Of a DNA stretch of 64,000 nt, positions 47,824 through 57,483 are shown one piece after another. The position numbers were made by a program, and so were the translations under genes. The notes below the pieces were generated by a model. The model worked only from the letters and a program-made list of their open reading frames with translations. It had not been told where the DNA came from and searched no databases. How positions within the stretch are numbered: the stretch's first letter is position 1; each line of letters opens with the position of its first letter. Origin of the DNA: an uncultured Bacteroidales bacterium (GTDB taxonomy: Bacteria > Bacteroidota > Bacteroidia > Bacteroidales > UBA932); the NCBI GenBank assembly GCA_905233275.1, contig CAJODR010000005.1, forward strand, positions 149-64,148, given 5' to 3'.

Positions 47824-49761
47824 TTACAGGTTTATGTCTTCGAGTTCTTCTTCGCTGCGGAGATTGGTGCGGATGAAGGTCTGGCGTTCCATGGTGTTGT
47901 CGCCCATGTAGAACTCCAGGATCTGGGAGATGGACTCTTCTTCCGAAAGCTTGACGGGATCGAGCCGCATGTTTTCGCCGATGAAATCGACGAATTCCGA
48001 CGAGGAAATCTCGCCGAGGCCCTTGAACCGGGTAATCTCGACACCGGTCTTGAGGCTCTTGACGGCCTTTTCCTTCTCTTCCGGAGAATAGCAGTAGCGG
48101 ACCTCCTTCTTGTTGCGGACGCGGAATAGAGGCGTCTGCAGGATATGGACGTGACCGCGGCGGATGATGTCCGGATAGTACTTCATGAAGAACGTAAGTA
48201 CAAGCATCCTGATATGCATGCCGTCGTCATCGGCATCGGTCGCCACAATTATATTATTGTAGCGGAGTCCGTCGATGTCGTCCTCTATGCCGAGAGCGGA
48301 GATCAGGAGGTTAAGCTCTTCATTCTCAGCCACTTTCTTGCGGCTCTCCTTGTAGCAGTTGATAGGCTTGCCACGGAGGGAGAATACCGCCTGGGTGTTG
48401 GCGTTGCGCACCTTTGTGATGGTACCGCTTGCGGAATCACCCTCGGTGATGAATATGCTTGTGAGGAATTTGTCCTCTTCCTTGCCTTTGGCGAACTTGT
48501 CGCAGTAGTGCATGCGGCAGTCGCGGAGCTTGCGGTTGTAGACGGAGGCTTTCTTGTTGCGCTCGCGGGTCTTTTTCTGGATGCCGGAAATCTCCTCGCG
48601 CTCGGCCTGTGAGGCCTTGATCTTCTCCTCGATGAGCGGAACTATGTCCATGTGCATGTGGAGATAGTTGTCGAGGTTCTTTGCGACGAAGTCGTTGACG
48701 AAACTCCTCACGGTGGGGCCGCGCTCAATGATTGCGGCGCCGTCAGGACCGCGTTTGACCGTGCCGTCAGCGTTCTTGACCTGCTTTTCCCACATGTAGG
48801 TGGAGCCGAGCTTGATTTTGGCCTGGCTCTCGAAAATGGGCTCCTGTATCTGTATGGCGATGGCACCGACGATGCCCTGGCGGACGTCCTCGGGCTTGTA
48901 GTCCTTCTTGAAAAAGTCCTTGAATGTCTTTGCGATGGCTTCGCGGTAGGCGGCGAGATGGGTGCCGCCGTCGCGGGTATTCTGTCCGTTGACGAATGTG
49001 GCGATGTTTTCGCCGTAGCTGTTGCCGTGGGTGAGGACTACCTCTATGTCATCGCCCTCGAGGTGGATGAGCGGATAGATCGGCGTCTCCGACATGCTTT
49101 CGCTCACAAGGTCGAGAAGACCGTGCTCGGACTTGTATGGAGTGCCGTTGAGAATCAGCGTGAGCCCCTTTTTAAGGTAGCTGTAATTCTTGACCATCGA
49201 CTCCACGTAGTCCATCTTGAAGTGGTATTCGCCGAAGAGCTGATAGTCGGGGGTGAAGCGTACCAGGGTGCCGTTTTTCTCTGTCGTGGGACCACCGATT
49301 TCGCGGACGATTTCGCCGCGGGAGAATTCGGCTCCGGAGCTGGTCCCGTCGCGGAATGATTCGACGTAGAAATAGGACGAGAGGGCGTTTACGGCCTTCG
49401 TGCCGACGCCGTTCATACCGACGGATTTCTTGAAGTTGCTGTCGTCGAATTTGCCGCCCGTGTTGAGCTTGGAGGTGGCGTCGATGACCTTTCCGAGCGG
49501 AATGCCTCGGCCGAAGTCGCGCACCTCGACGGAGCCGTCATCTATTGTGATGATGACCCTTGTGCCGAATCCCATGGAGAATTCGTCTATCGAATTGTCT
49601 ATGATTTCCTTTAGGAGAACGTAGATGCCGTCGGAGGGGTCGTCGCCGTTGCCGAGGCGGCCGATGTACATGCCGGCCCTGCGCCGGATGTGCTCGTTCC
49701 ACTCCAGAGTCTGTATGCTCTCATCACCGTATTGGGTCTTCTTCAGCTCACTGTCTGCCAT
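47824..49761 (-). CDS. parE: DNA topoisomerase IV subunit B
   Basis: KEIIDNSIDE, DFGRGIP, GMNGVG, TEGDSA and DADDDG motifs; short Bacteroidota ParE type. Confidence 0.92.
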   Translation of the reverse strand: MADSELKKTQYGDESIQTLEWNEHIRRRAGMYIGRLGNGDDPSDGIYVLLKEIIDNSIDEFSMGFGTRVIITIDDGSVEVRDFGRGIPLGKVIDATSKLNTGGKFDDSNFKKSVGMNGVGTKAVNALSSYFYVESFRDGTSSGAEFSRGEIVREIGGPTTEKNGTLVRFTPDYQLFGEYHFKMDYVESMVKNYSYLKKGLTLILNGTPYKSEHGLLDLVSESMSETPIYPLIHLEGDDIEVVLTHGNSYGENIATFVNGQNTRDGGTHLAAYREAIAKTFKDFFKKDYKPEDVRQGIVGAIAIQIQEPIFESQAKIKLGSTYMWEKQVKNADGTVKRGPDGAAIIERGPTVRSFVNDFVAKNLDNYLHMHMDIVPLIEEKIKASQAEREEISGIQKKTRERNKKASVYNRKLRDCRMHYCDKFAKGKEEDKFLTSIFITEGDSASGTITKVRNANTQAVFSLRGKPINCYKESRKKVAENEELNLLISALGIEDDIDGLRYNNIIVATDADDDGMHIRMLVLTFFMKYYPDIIRRGHVHILQTPLFRVRNKKEVRYCYSPEEKEKAVKSLKTGVEITRFKGLGEISSSEFVDFIGENMRLDPVKLSEEESISQILEFYMGDNTMERQTFIRTNLRSEEELEDINL

Positions 49762-49808
49762 ATCGTGCGAAAAAATCCGTCATCCAACAAATATACAAAT
49801 TTTCCGTC

Positions 49809-51050
49809 TCAATCCAAAATTTTGCCTGACAGGAACAGGTTGACGATAGGCCTTAGCGGCGAATTGGTGGTCAGCGAGACAATTACCAGACATTCGCCGG
49901 AAGGCGCAGAAGAAGTGTCGAATGTGACGCGGACTGTGCCTTTCTCTCCGGCGGGGATTTCGGGGAGTGGCTGTGCCGTGGCTCCCTTTGTGTCGGTATC
50001 GATGCGGTATGCCTTGAAAGGCCGTTTGCCTCCGTTGGAGAACTTGTATGTGGCTTCTACGGTTTCGCCGCGGTGGACATCACCGAAATTGAAGTTGGTA
50101 GCCTCGAACATCGGGATGGCCGCGACTGATTTCTCGTCTTCCGACATATCATCGAAATTGGCTATGGTATAGGCAAATACGTCAAGTTTAAGACCGGTAG
50201 GGCTGCCTCCTGCGAGAACGTCGGCGAAGTAATGGTTCTTGCCCCAGAGGTCATTGGACGCTGTCACGCTGTAGCGGAGGACGGAGGTCGCTCCGGCAGG
50301 TACGGGATTGGGCGAAACGGAAAGCGAGAGGCCGGGGGAGACGTTCCTGAAACTGACTTTAACCGGAGATGACGATAGGTTTGCAATCAGGGTTTCGTCG
50401 CCGACGGTTTCTCCCTGGCGGAGATTGCCGGCTTTGAGTTCGCTTTCGGCGAATCCGAGAGGGCCCGCATGGACCGGATAGCGGACGGACAGCGGCTCAA
50501 GCTTCTCGTGGACCGAGCCCCTGAGATGCAGGACGACCGGGCGCTTGAGATCCGAAATCCAGACCGTCAGGGTCTTGTCGAACGGGATGGGGCCGGCCTT
50601 GTTGTCGAATGTGGCGGTGATGGTGCCCTTTTCACCGGGGCGGCGGGGCTCGCGTGTCCATTCCACGTCAGTGCAGCCGCAGGAGGAAACCACTTCGTAA
50701 ACGGCGGCGGGGGTATCTCCGACATTGGTGAATGTGAACGAGCAGGTCTGGGGCCCGTCTGACACGAGGATGTCGCCGAAATAATGGACGAGGGTGTCGA
50801 AGCGGAGACCGCCGAATACGTATTCGCTCTCGTCCGTTGTCGTCGGATCGGCCTGAGTGACAGGTGTTTCCGTGTGTTCGTCTGGAATGACTGCGATGGC
50901 TGTATCGACTGGGTCCGGGACGGTCGTTCCGGAAGTGTCCTGAGGGGTTGTGGCGGCAGGTGTGGCCGCTGGCACGCTCTTTGCCTGCCTGCACGCCGGT
51001 GCAAGAATAAAGACGGCCGCGAGACAGTATATTACGGGAATGGTTTTCAT
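49809..51050 (-). CDS. DUF1573-domain lipoprotein
   Basis: Lipobox APAC, FGDI...SCGCT...GPFDK-like Ig repeats, Thr/Pro linker. Confidence 0.82.
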   Translation of the reverse strand: MKTIPVIYCLAAVFILAPACRQAKSVPAATPAATTPQDTSGTTVPDPVDTAIAVIPDEHTETPVTQADPTTTDESEYVFGGLRFDTLVHYFGDILVSDGPQTCSFTFTNVGDTPAAVYEVVSSCGCTDVEWTREPRRPGEKGTITATFDNKAGPIPFDKTLTVWISDLKRPVVLHLRGSVHEKLEPLSVRYPVHAGPLGFAESELKAGNLRQGETVGDETLIANLSSSPVKVSFRNVSPGLSLSVSPNPVPAGATSVLRYSVTASNDLWGKNHYFADVLAGGSPTGLKLDVFAYTIANFDDMSEDEKSVAAIPMFEATNFNFGDVHRGETVEATYKFSNGGKRPFKAYRIDTDTKGATAQPLPEIPAGEKGTVRVTFDTSSAPSGECLVIVSLTTNSPLRPIVNLFLSGKILD

Positions 51051-51152
51051 GCCGGTTGTTTTCCGCAAAGTTAATCACGGCTTGTTTGAAATTCAAATAA
51101 AATGCTTAATTTTGCACTGGAAAATACAACAACAATTATAAAAGATTCGACT

Positions 51153-51323
51153 ATGGCTTACAAAATTGACGAAAACATCTGCATCGCTTGCGGTACCTGC
51201 CAGGGTGAATGCCCTGCCGGCGCCATCAAGGAAGGCGATGTCTACAGCATCGATCCGGACCTCTGTCTCGACTGCGGTACATGCGCAGGCGTCTGCCCGA
51301 CAGGCGCAATCTCCGAAGGCTAG
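51153..51323 (+). CDS. 2[4Fe-4S] ferredoxin
   Basis: CIACGTCQGECP and CLDCGTCAGVCP motifs; TAATTTTG at 51107-51114. Confidence 0.95.
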   Translation: MAYKIDENICIACGTCQGECPAGAIKEGDVYSIDPDLCLDCGTCAGVCPTGAISEG

Positions 51324-51397
51324 GCAAAGCGTTGGAAAAATAAGGCTGGCTCTTCAAGGTCAGTCTTTTTTTATCGAATAACCATTTTATACAATAC

Positions 51398-54226
51398 ATG
51401 AAAAGATTCTTTATTGCAGCAGTTGCCCTTGCCGTTTCCATTTTCATGGCGGCACCGGTTTCAGCCCAGACCCCGCTGCCGAACGACCCTGAGGTAAGGG
51501 TCGGCCATCTCGACAACGGCCTCACCTATTACATCCGTCACAATGCTCTCCCCGAGCACCGCGCCGAGTTCTATCTCGCCACCAATGTCGGTGCCATCCA
51601 GGAGGAGTATCCCTGCCAGGACGGTCTCGCCCATTTCCTCGAGCACATGTGCTTCAACGGCACTGAACACTTCCCTGACAAGGGCATTCTCGACTATCTC
51701 CGCTCCATCGGCGCAGAATTCGGTCGCAACATCAACGCTTCGACCGGCGTCGAAGAGACACAGTACATGCTTAACAACATTCCCGTTGAAAGGGAAAGCG
51801 TCGTCGACAGCTGCCTCATGATCCTCTGCGACTATGCGCACTTCGTCATCAACGATCCCGCTGAGGTCGACAAGGAGCGCGGCGTCATCATCGAGGAGCG
51901 CCGCCAGAGGCGCAATGCTTCGTGGCGTATGCACGAGGCGTCCCTACCTTATTATTATGGTGACTCCAAGTACGGCTACACCACTCTCATCGGCCTCCAG
52001 GAGCACCTGGAAGGATTCGACGCAGCCGACCTGGTCCGCTTCTACCGCACATGGTACCATCCGGACATGCAGGCTGTCATCGTGGTCGGTGACATCGACG
52101 TTGACCGCACCGAAGGCAAGATAAAGGAGATATTCTCCGTGATTCCCAAGGAGGAGAATCCCAAGGCCAAGGACGTCATCAAGATCCCAGACAACGAGGA
52201 GCCCATCGTCGGTGTCATCACCGATCCGGAGGCCACCGCTCCCACCATCGAGATGCTTTGGAAGAGCGAACCTCTCCCGGAAGAGCTCAACAATACCGAT
52301 CTCGCCCTCTCTCTCCGTCTCATGAAGAACATCATCGGTTTGGTGATGGAAGAGCGTTTCGAGGACATCACCGCAGATCCGGAGTCTCCTTTCACACAGG
52401 CTGAATTCGGCATCTTCGGCCTCACGGAGACCTGCGAAACCGTTATTGCCGACGTGGTCCTCAAGGAGGAAAACATGATGGCAGGCTTCGAGGCGTTCTA
52501 CACCGAGCTCCTCAAGATGCAGAAATACGGATTCGCCGACGATGAGGTAGAAAGGGCCGTCACCAACATTCTCAACAAGTACGAGAACAGGGTCAAGAAG
52601 GCCGACACCCGCAAGAATCCTGAATTCGTCCGTCCGCTCATCTCCAACTTCTTCGACAATACGCCCTACATGGATCCGGAGACGGAGAATGAGATCGTCA
52701 AGATGGTCGCCCCCATGCTTACTGCACAGGTGCTCAACCAGGTGGTCCCCACCCTCCTCACCAAGGAGAATCTCATTGTCCTGTACAAAGGTCCTGAAAA
52801 AGAAGGAATTGCCACTCCTAAAGAAGCCGACATCCTAGCCTCCATCGCCAAGGTCCAGGCTTCTGACATCAAGCCCAACGAAGGTGGCGAAATCGCATCC
52901 GAATTCCTCGACAAGGCTCTCCTCAAGGGTGCCGCGGTCAAGAAGGAAAGCAAAGTGATGCACGGCGCCACCGAATGGATCCTCAAGAATGGCGTCCGCG
53001 TGATTGCCCTTCCGACCGACTACACCAAGAACCAGATTCTCTTTGACCTCTGGAAGGATGGCGGTCTGTCCCTCGTTGAGGACAAGGACATCGATTCGTT
53101 CGACGACAACGTATTCGGCCTGTACAACAACAACAGCGGTATCTCCAAATTCTCCGGTACGGAAGTCTCCAAGATGCTGACCGGCAAGACCCTTTCGGTG
53201 AGCCCGTACATCTCAGATCTCGAAAGCGGTGTCAGCGGCAATTCGACCCCGAAAGACCTCGAGACCGCGATGCAGCTCATCTATCTGTATTTCACAGATC
53301 CCCGCTTCGATCCCAAGGAATACGACAACGGTATCAACCAGCTGAAGACCTTCCTCCCCAACCTCGAGAACCAGCCCAACTACAAGTTCGCAAAGCGCCT
53401 CTACAAGGACATTTACGGTGACAACGTCCGCCGTCAGCAGCTATCCATGGAGACCCTTGAGAAGGCCAATCTCGCCACTCTGGAGAGGGAATACCGCAAG
53501 CTCTTCAAGGACGCCGCCGGTCTTACCATGGTGATCGTCGGTGACTTCGACCTGGCAGAGCTCAAGCCTATGGTCGAGAAATACATCGGCTCTCTGCCCA
53601 AGGGCAAGAAGGCCACACCTTGGATCGACCGTGGTGTCGATATCGTGAAGGGTATCCATTCAGACGTATTCGAGGATGTCATGCAGACCCCTCAGAGCAC
53701 TGTCTTCCAGGTATGGTCCTGCGACAAGAAGTGGACAGCTGAAGACCACGCCGCCCTTGATGCCGCCAAGTACATCCTTGATATGCGTTACGTCAATTCC
53801 CTCCGTGAAGACGAAGGCGGTACCTACGGTGCCGGAGTCAATGCTGCATTCCCCAGGGAGCCCAAGGAGAAGATGATGATGCAGGTGTCCTTCAACTGCA
53901 AGCCCGCCGTCACCGACCGTCTCCGCGAACTTGCCGTCGAAGGCATCCGTGACCTCGGCGAAAAGGGCCCGACCGACGACGAAGTCAATGCCGCCATCCT
54001 CAATCTCAAGAAGAACATTCCTGAGAACAGGGTCAACAACAGCTACTGGCGCCGCAACCTCGAAGAATACGTCAAGTACGGCATCAACTACGACGCCCTC
54101 ACCGAAGCCGCCATCAACGGCCTCACCGCCGAGCGCATAAAGAATATCGTCGCCGAACTCATCTCCGCCGGCAACTTCTACGAAGTCGTCCAAAAACCCT
54201 CCGCCGACTCCGCAGAAGCTGAATAG
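51398..54226 (+). CDS. M16 family zinc peptidase (PqqL-like)
   Basis: HFLEH inverted zincin motif, LDNGLTYYI, signal peptide. Confidence 0.93.
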   Translation: MKRFFIAAVALAVSIFMAAPVSAQTPLPNDPEVRVGHLDNGLTYYIRHNALPEHRAEFYLATNVGAIQEEYPCQDGLAHFLEHMCFNGTEHFPDKGILDYLRSIGAEFGRNINASTGVEETQYMLNNIPVERESVVDSCLMILCDYAHFVINDPAEVDKERGVIIEERRQRRNASWRMHEASLPYYYGDSKYGYTTLIGLQEHLEGFDAADLVRFYRTWYHPDMQAVIVVGDIDVDRTEGKIKEIFSVIPKEENPKAKDVIKIPDNEEPIVGVITDPEATAPTIEMLWKSEPLPEELNNTDLALSLRLMKNIIGLVMEERFEDITADPESPFTQAEFGIFGLTETCETVIADVVLKEENMMAGFEAFYTELLKMQKYGFADDEVERAVTNILNKYENRVKKADTRKNPEFVRPLISNFFDNTPYMDPETENEIVKMVAPMLTAQVLNQVVPTLLTKENLIVLYKGPEKEGIATPKEADILASIAKVQASDIKPNEGGEIASEFLDKALLKGAAVKKESKVMHGATEWILKNGVRVIALPTDYTKNQILFDLWKDGGLSLVEDKDIDSFDDNVFGLYNNNSGISKFSGTEVSKMLTGKTLSVSPYISDLESGVSGNSTPKDLETAMQLIYLYFTDPRFDPKEYDNGINQLKTFLPNLENQPNYKFAKRLYKDIYGDNVRRQQLSMETLEKANLATLEREYRKLFKDAAGLTMVIVGDFDLAELKPMVEKYIGSLPKGKKATPWIDRGVDIVKGIHSDVFEDVMQTPQSTVFQVWSCDKKWTAEDHAALDAAKYILDMRYVNSLREDEGGTYGAGVNAAFPREPKEKMMMQVSFNCKPAVTDRLRELAVEGIRDLGEKGPTDDEVNAAILNLKKNIPENRVNNSYWRRNLEEYVKYGINYDALTEAAINGLTAERIKNIVAELISAGNFYEVVQKPSADSAEAE

Positions 54227-54252
54227 AATTAACCAAGGAAGTGGTTCAAAAC

Positions 54253-54282
54253 AAAAAAAGCAGGCGGCTGCCTGCTTTTTTT
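54253..54282. terminator. Bidirectional terminator after the M16 peptidase gene
   Basis: A7-GCAGGC-GGCT-GCCTGC-T7. Confidence 0.85.
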
Positions 54283-54284
54283 AT

Positions 54285-54457
54285 AGGCGTAGGCCAGTGG
54301 GGGCCAGGGGGTCTGGGGGATTAGGCCCCCGGTAGATTAACGAAGTGGTTCAAAAAAATACAGCAGGCGGTTGCCTGCCAAAGGCGTAGGCCAGTGGGGG
54401 CCAGGGGGTCTGGGGGATTAGGCCCCCGGTAGATTAACGAAGTGGTTCAAAAAAATA
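54285..54457. repeat. Two identical 76-nt direct repeats (54285-54360 and 54382-54457), period 97
   Basis: AGGCGTAGGCCAGTGGGGGCCAGGGGGTCTGGGGGATTAGGCCCCCGGTAGATTAACGAAGTGGTTCAAAAAAATA, each followed by a GCAGGC/GCCTGC hairpin. Confidence 0.93.
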
Positions 54458-54488
54458 TAGCAGGCCGACAGCCTGCTATATTTTTTTG

Positions 54489-54561
54489 AGCCACTCAGGA
54501 GGCTCGAACTCCCGACCTGCGCGTTACGAATGCGCTGCTCTACCGACTGAGCTAAAGTGGC
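54489..54561 (-). tRNA. tRNA-Thr(CGT), CCA not encoded
   Basis: GCCACTT/GAGTGGC acceptor stem, TAGCTCAGTCGGTAGAGC D arm, TTCGTAA anticodon loop, TTCGAGC T-loop; TAACTTTG at 54590-54597. Confidence 0.95.
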
Positions 54562-54677
54562 CTGACGATTCTCCGTGGAATCGGGACTGCAAAGTTATGA
54601 AAACTTTTTTACCCCGCAAAATTATTTGCAGAGGTGCCGGGGAAAGTGTATTTTTGTATGTTGAAATTACTGTTAGG

Positions 54678-56162
54678 ATGAAATCGGACATCATTATTGC
54701 CGGCGGGGGTGCTGCCGGCCTTATGGCTGCGGTGGGTGCAGCGCAATCTTTGGCTGAATCTGGAAACGGGGGGACGGTAACTGTCCTCGAAAAGATGCAG
54801 AAACCCGGACGCAAGATCATGATTACCGGCAAGGGCCGTTGCAACTTCACCAATGTCAAGGAATGGGACGATTTCTCCTCTCACGTGAGGACAGATCCCC
54901 GTTTTGTCAGTCCGGCATTTCACAATCTCACCCCTGAAGATCTCATCGCCTTTTTCAAGGAATACGGCATGCGCAGCATCGTCGAGAGAGGGGAGAGGGC
55001 CTTCCCGGCCTCGCACCTTTCCGGCGACGTGGTTGACACACTCGTCAGGGCATGCACGCTGCTGGGCGTCAAAATCGTGACCGGATGCGAAATCCGCTCC
55101 GTGGAGACCTCCAGGCAGGGATTCAAGCTGGATTGCACACTCACTACTATCAAAGAATTCCGTCAGCGGACGGACAATCCACGCCAGCGTCCCGTCTCAA
55201 AGACGGAGACTACCGTGGAGCCTGTCAGCTACACCTGCAGCCGTCTCATCGTCGCGACTGGCGGCCTGTCCTATCCCGGCACAGGATCGACCGGTGACGG
55301 CTACAAGTGGGCGGAGGCATTCGGCCATGGTATTGAGCCTGTGTTCCCTTCACTTACTGCCCTGGTTCCGCAAGGCTACAAGTCCGCTGAGAGCCCGCTG
55401 GCCGGCGAAATCCGCGATGCTTTCCGCGGACGTCCCGCTAAGAAAGAGCACAAGATCAATCCTCTGCCGGCAGATTATCCCAAACTGCCTGGCCACATAG
55501 AGAGGATTACCCCTCTTACCGAAATCGGCCGCATGTTTGAATCCAACAAATTAGACAATATAGCAGTCACGCTTTATGTGGACGGCCGTGAAGTCCAGAG
55601 GGAATTCGGCGACCTCGAATTCACTGACGGCGGCATCGAAGGACCTGTCGGGTACATGGTCAGCCGCAAGGCCGTCAAGGCCATCATTGCCGGCAGCAAA
55701 GTGAGTATCTCCATCGACCTCAAACCGGCCGTTGAGGCCGAACAGCTCGACGCCGACGTGCACGAGCGCTGGGAGGCCGTCAAGGCTGACCCCAGGAGCC
55801 GCGGGGCCGCATTCCAGAAGCTGTTCCGTATACTTCTCGGCAAGCTCATCCCCTGGGACCTCGTCGCCCCTTTCCTGAGGATGAATCCCGACGTCAGCAT
55901 CAACTCTCTCGCCGCCGTCCTCAAGGACTGGAGCTTCCCCATCGAAGGCTTCGTGGGCTTCGAAAGGGCGGTCGTCACCGCAGGCGGTATATCCACCGAT
56001 GACGTCGTCGCCAAGACGCTTGAGTCAAAGAAGGTCCCCGGCCTCTACTTCGCCGGAGAAGTACTTGATATAGACAGCGATACGGGCGGCTACAACCTCG
56101 AAACCTCATTCGCCACCGGCTATCTTGCCGGACAGTCCGCAGCCAAGTCACTGGAGCAATGA
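54678..56162 (+). CDS. HI0933/YhiN-family flavoprotein
   Basis: GGGAAGLMAA, ITGKGRCNFTN, TGSTGDGY, VTAGG and DTGGYNL motifs. Confidence 0.93.
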   Translation: MKSDIIIAGGGAAGLMAAVGAAQSLAESGNGGTVTVLEKMQKPGRKIMITGKGRCNFTNVKEWDDFSSHVRTDPRFVSPAFHNLTPEDLIAFFKEYGMRSIVERGERAFPASHLSGDVVDTLVRACTLLGVKIVTGCEIRSVETSRQGFKLDCTLTTIKEFRQRTDNPRQRPVSKTETTVEPVSYTCSRLIVATGGLSYPGTGSTGDGYKWAEAFGHGIEPVFPSLTALVPQGYKSAESPLAGEIRDAFRGRPAKKEHKINPLPADYPKLPGHIERITPLTEIGRMFESNKLDNIAVTLYVDGREVQREFGDLEFTDGGIEGPVGYMVSRKAVKAIIAGSKVSISIDLKPAVEAEQLDADVHERWEAVKADPRSRGAAFQKLFRILLGKLIPWDLVAPFLRMNPDVSINSLAAVLKDWSFPIEGFVGFERAVVTAGGISTDDVVAKTLESKKVPGLYFAGEVLDIDSDTGGYNLETSFATGYLAGQSAAKSLEQ

Positions 56163-57433
56163 AAGAAGCAGAGGGTACATTCGCCGCTTTCCTCGAAGGG
56201 CACAGCCGCAAGGAAGTGATCGACTTCGCTCGCGTTGTCGGGCTGGATCTTGGTGTCTCCGTGACCAAGTCCGCCGCCATCAAGCGCTACACCGATTATA
56301 TTCTGAGCCGTCCCGGCGAATGGATGAGCGCCCTCACCGAATGGGACCTCAAAATCCTGAGAACACTTGCTGCACAGGCACCCGGCGAGCACATGGCAGG
56401 AGAGTACGCCGGCTACATCGCCCCTGTTACGATAGTCGGCATTGTCCAGACCAAACCCGGCCCTGACGACGATACATTCGAATACTGGCTTCCCGAAGAA
56501 CTTTTCTTCACGGTCAAGGACAATATCGACGCGGCCATCCGCGACGGCGAATCTTCCGGGCGCTTCACTGTCGAACGCCTCGCCCTCGGACTGCTCAATC
56601 TATATGGCTTCATGCCCATGGAAAAACTTCTCGACATGGTCATGGAATACCTCAAGGAACACCCCACCCAGGATATCAGGGCCTACTATGACTTCTTCGT
56701 CGGCAGCGCCGCAATCTCCCTTTTCAGGGAATACAGCCTCAAATCCCGGAGCGAGGTAGTAGTCTGCCCCGAACTCTTCGAGATTGACACCGTAGAGAGC
56801 GGCCGCGACCTCTATTCCGACATCCGGAAGGCAAAGCACTTCTCCTACGAGGAAGTCCTGGAGGCCGGCACCGGCGCGCCGGATTTCACATTCCGCCTCG
56901 ACACCCCTGAAGGCAGGCGCTACTGCGAAGTCTTGCTCTCCAAGGGTTATTATCCCGAATCCATCCCCATGCTCGCCCACGACCTTTGGATGGGCGTCCA
57001 GATTGAGGGACGGACCCTGATGGACACGATTTACGGCCCCGTCGCCGACCAGATGGACATGTTCCTGAGCGAAGAAGAATACCACGCCGCGCTCGAAGCC
57101 GTGGCCGACTACGTCAATATCCTGCCCCGCTGGCAGCTCAAGGGCTGGTCCCCGTCGGAGAAGAACTACATGAAACTCGTGTTCGACCCCGCCGACGCCC
57201 CTCCTTTCATTCCGCCTGACGGCGAATACGATTCCTGGGAAATGCCCCGTCCAAGCATCTCTGAGGGCTATACAGACCTTATAGAGAAGGATGAAAAGAT
57301 AGGACAGCTAATTGGCCTCATGCCGGAAGGTTTCCCCTTCGGAATGGCCATCCCCCACGTCTCCAAGGACGACCCGTGCCCCTGCGGCAGCGGACTCAAG
57401 TACGGCAGCTGTCACGGAAAAATGTTGAATTAA
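56159..57433 (+). CDS. SEC-C motif protein
   Basis: C-terminal DDPCPCGSGLKYGSCHG; ATGA overlap with the upstream gene. Confidence 0.85.
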   Translation: MKEAEGTFAAFLEGHSRKEVIDFARVVGLDLGVSVTKSAAIKRYTDYILSRPGEWMSALTEWDLKILRTLAAQAPGEHMAGEYAGYIAPVTIVGIVQTKPGPDDDTFEYWLPEELFFTVKDNIDAAIRDGESSGRFTVERLALGLLNLYGFMPMEKLLDMVMEYLKEHPTQDIRAYYDFFVGSAAISLFREYSLKSRSEVVVCPELFEIDTVESGRDLYSDIRKAKHFSYEEVLEAGTGAPDFTFRLDTPEGRRYCEVLLSKGYYPESIPMLAHDLWMGVQIEGRTLMDTIYGPVADQMDMFLSEEEYHAALEAVADYVNILPRWQLKGWSPSEKNYMKLVFDPADAPPFIPPDGEYDSWEMPRPSISEGYTDLIEKDEKIGQLIGLMPEGFPFGMAIPHVSKDDPCPCGSGLKYGSCHGKMLN

Positions 57434-57483
57434 TTTCACGGCCCGGTGCAAGATTCTGATTGTACCGGGATTTAAGTATCAGT

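Noticed and set aside
54285-54457. Direct repeats with a 21-nt spacer as a possible CRISPR array
   Set aside because: The repeats are 76 nt with only two copies, the spacer is itself a terminator hairpin, and no cas genes are present.
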